Below, piece by piece: positions 62,180-64,000 of a DNA stretch of 64,000 nt (positions are counted from its first letter, which is position 1; each line of letters starts with the position of its first letter). This stretch comes from a virus. Lineage: Duplodnaviria > Heunggongvirae > Uroviricota > Caudoviricetes. The position numbers and the translations under genes are program-made. The stretch is from IMG/VR virus record IMGVR_UViG_3300045450_000131, positions 33,228 through 97,227 of that record; one strand, 5' to 3'. A model generated the notes under the pieces. It saw only the letters and a program-made list of their open reading frames with translations. It had not been told where the DNA came from and made no database searches.

Positions 62180-64000
62180 ATTAGAAATCTTGACAATCGA
62201 CACTCTAGTGTTAATAATCTTGATTGGCACTTCGTTTCCTTCTACATCTTGCACCGTGCCGGCAATTCTAATGTAAATGCCACGCGCACTGTCTGTTCTA
62301 AATTGGGTGCTGCCTGCAAGTGTGCGTGATCTATAAAGGTTAGCGCCTTCATAAGCGGCTCTTGCCGCTTTTAGCCTGCTACCATTTACACCGATATTAT
62401 CATATAGATGAATTAAGCTTGTGCCACCAGGTTCTGGCACAACGTCACCAACTTGTCCTGCCCCGCCGTCATAATCTAGAGTTGCTTTAATTTCAACTTC
62501 ACCATCTAAGTCCATACCGTTGCTATTATTGGCTTCGATGTTGTAGATCATCTTGACACTGATAATGTAATTACCAGTTTCTAATACCTTGAGGTAAGTC
62601 TGCCCGGGGAATCTGCCTGGGTTAGTTTCGTCGTATTCAATAATCGAAGGATCAACAAGCGTTTGGCTTTCAATTAAGTTCCCCAGTGGAAAGGCAAGTC
62701 GAGTATTAGAGCCAGCGACTGGGTCTACCTGTGGTAAAACCTTCTCTAAGCCAAGTGACTGCCAAATTGCTGACCTCATTGCAGTAGATGGGGTTGGGGT
62801 AGTACCGCCACCAGATGTTGCAGGAGTTTGTGCTAGCCATTCAAAACCATTATAAGTTAAAACGTCACCGCTCTTTGGGTTTGAAATAGTGACGTCAGTT
62901 AAACTATCTAGGTTAGCTGGAGCTGGCGCTGTTCCGCCTGTCGAGAGGGTCTTTGGCGCCCATTTAATGCCATTCCACGCCAACACTTGATCCATTGCAA
63001 CTGTAGCTGAGTCGATACTGACGTCATCAAGCTGATATAGCGCGGTCTTAATGTCATAAAATACTTCAGGCTTTGCATACCAAAAAGCCCCGTTCCAGGT
63101 TAGTGTAGAGTTATAAGTTGGTTGGTAAGTTTTTACATTGACATCAAGTAAGTCGGCTAGACGTTCTGCACCACCAATAGTTTTATTAACAAAGGCAAAC
63201 TGGTCAGGGTCAAATGCTAAGACTTGATTTGCTTCTGGATTATTAATATTGACGCCCCTAATTTTTTCAATATTAGGAATGGTTGCGTACCAGTTCGTAC
63301 CGTTAAATCCTAGGAAGTCGCCGTATTGTGGTGCATATAATCTCAAGTTAACGTCGGTTAAATTACCTAATTCAGTTACACCGCCACTAACTTCTAATGT
63401 TGAAGGCTGCCACTTTCCATTTTTAAATGATAGATATTGTCCATCTTCAGGAGTTATAGTGTTGCGAACGTCCTCAAGGGTAGAGATTTTCTGGTTTGGA
63501 ATAGTAACATTTAAAGCGCTGCCATCATTACCAGATAAACTAACATTGCCAACAAACTTAATTAGCTTTGGCGTCCAAGTATTGGAGTTAGTTTCGTTCG
63601 TAAACTGTAAGGTAGTTGTATTTGCCCAGCGCGAACCATTCCAACTTAATACCTGATTAGTTGCCAATCCATTTAAGTTGACATCATTTAAGTTGTTAAT
63701 ACCAACGGAATTGACATTGAGCTTGTTATCTAATACTGACTGCAGTCCATCAATATTATTAATGGTATGTGTGTGAATTAGATTTGCTTTGCCATTTAGT
63801 GCATCTTGTAAACTGACAATATCGCTGATCGCATGTGTGTGATTTGTATTAGCCTTTAATGCCAATACTTCAGCTAGAGTCCTACCAGCCCCGGCGTCTG
63901 TGGTGCCCGTTTGATTGATGGTTTCATAGATGCGGTTGAATGACAGTAAACCTGACCGACGAGCTGCCTTCTCATTGAGCGTGTCTTGTAAATTTAAAAC
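62171..64000 (-). CDS. tail fibre-like repeat protein, 5' end beyond window
   Basis: repeated L.K.N.NHTH..D...LQ..L units; the frame stays open upstream of the TTG start used by the ORF track (62171-63865) through to 64000. Confidence 0.5.
   Translation of the reverse strand, partial: VLNLQDTLNEKAARRSGLLSFNRIYETINQTGTTDAGAGRTLAEVLALKANTNHTHAISDIVSLQDALNGKANLIHTHTINNIDGLQSVLDNKLNVNSVGINNLNDVNLNGLATNQVLSWNGSRWANTTTLQFTNETNSNTWTPKLIKFVGNVSLSGNDGSALNVTIPNQKISTLEDVRNTITPEDGQYLSFKNGKWQPSTLEVSGGVTELGNLTDVNLRLYAPQYGDFLGFNGTNWYATIPNIEKIRGVNINNPEANQVLAFDPDQFAFVNKTIGGAERLADLLDVNVKTYQPTYNSTLTWNGAFWYAKPEVFYDIKTALYQLDDVSIDSATVAMDQVLAWNGIKWAPKTLSTGGTAPAPANLDSLTDVTISNPKSGDVLTYNGFEWLAQTPATSGGGTTPTPSTAMRSAIWQSLGLEKVLPQVDPVAGSNTRLAFPLGNLIESQTLVDPSIIEYDETNPGRFPGQTYLKVLETGNYIISVKMIYNIEANNSNGMDLDGEVEIKATLDYDGGAGQVGDVVPEPGGTSLIHLYDNIGVNGSRLKAARAAYEGANLYRSRTLAGSTQFRTDSARGIYIRIAGTVQDVEGNEVPIKIINTRVSIVKISNLA

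Noticed and set aside
9695-63656. Opposite-strand and alternative-frame ORFs (for example 9695-9937, 9732-9917, 21875-22126, 22387-23218 set, 24492-24822, 27058-28352 set, 30474-31489 set, 36769-37552, 40174-41506 set, 48295-49468 set, 63249-63656)
   Set aside because: Each is fully embedded in a longer minus-strand gene that has recognisable domains. No independent support was found.
1-64000. Genome-wide TAG recoding (alternative genetic code), suggested by the two CUA tRNAs
   Set aside because: Long uninterrupted standard-code ORFs (500+ aa) are densely packed and the gene ends I checked all use TAA. Only one in-frame TAG gene was found, so the readthrough looks local, not code-wide.
1-64000. 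CRISPR array or defence islands
   Set aside because: No regularly spaced direct repeats were found. The only tandem repeat is the single 2 x 30-bp duplication.

Overview
This window reads as an accessory or early region of a large, T4-like virulent myovirus of a Gram-negative host. GC content is roughly 43%, and almost everything is transcribed leftward on the minus strand.

The first 8.6 kb is a dense minus-strand tRNA array with at least 26 readable tRNAs and several atypical tRNA-like elements. A tandem array of strong sigma70-type promoters (-35 TGTACA, 17-bp spacer, -10 TATAAT) at 8.69-8.89 kb points into it. Five more tRNAs sit at 16.9 kb and 18.9-19.2 kb.

The remainder is tightly packed minus-strand genes punctuated by the same promoter type and by GGGNCC-stem hairpin terminators. 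Recognisable products include:
- NAD+ salvage enzymes: nicotinamide phosphoribosyltransferase (NadV-like) and a bifunctional NMN adenylyltransferase/Nudix (NatV-like).
- A PurA-like adenylosuccinate synthetase, a vWA protein, a HIRAN protein and a Met-rich protein.
- A complete NitT/TauT-type ABC importer whose substrate-binding protein is fused to an OmpA domain, plus an orphan TAXI binding protein, an SPFH protein, a LemA/TPM pair and a heme-oxygenase-like protein.
- RNA ligase, ATP-dependent DNA ligase, an HNH endonuclease, a calcineurin-like phosphoesterase, an RFC/gp44-like clamp loader, a GroES-like cochaperonin, dCMP deaminase, a glycosyltransferase and a repeat-rich tail fibre that runs off the right edge.

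The most notable observations from reading the sequence are:
1. A circularly permuted, two-piece tmRNA (ssrA) gene at 20.2-20.7 kb. It has an E. coli-like tRNA-like end, a G3:U70 acceptor pair and an A-ANDSQMLMAA tag frame.
2. A Pth2-type peptidyl-tRNA hydrolase gene missed by the ORF track because it carries an in-frame TAG at codon 4. It is paired with two adjacent phage tRNAs carrying CUA (amber-suppressor) anticodons.
3. Several tRNA genes interrupted by roughly 50-70-nt insertions that share a GRTGRTTATCC box.
4. Class-I tRNAs carrying Leu-type anticodons (CAA, TAA).
5. A DnaE (Pol III alpha) palm fragment that ends right at the catalytic DxD.
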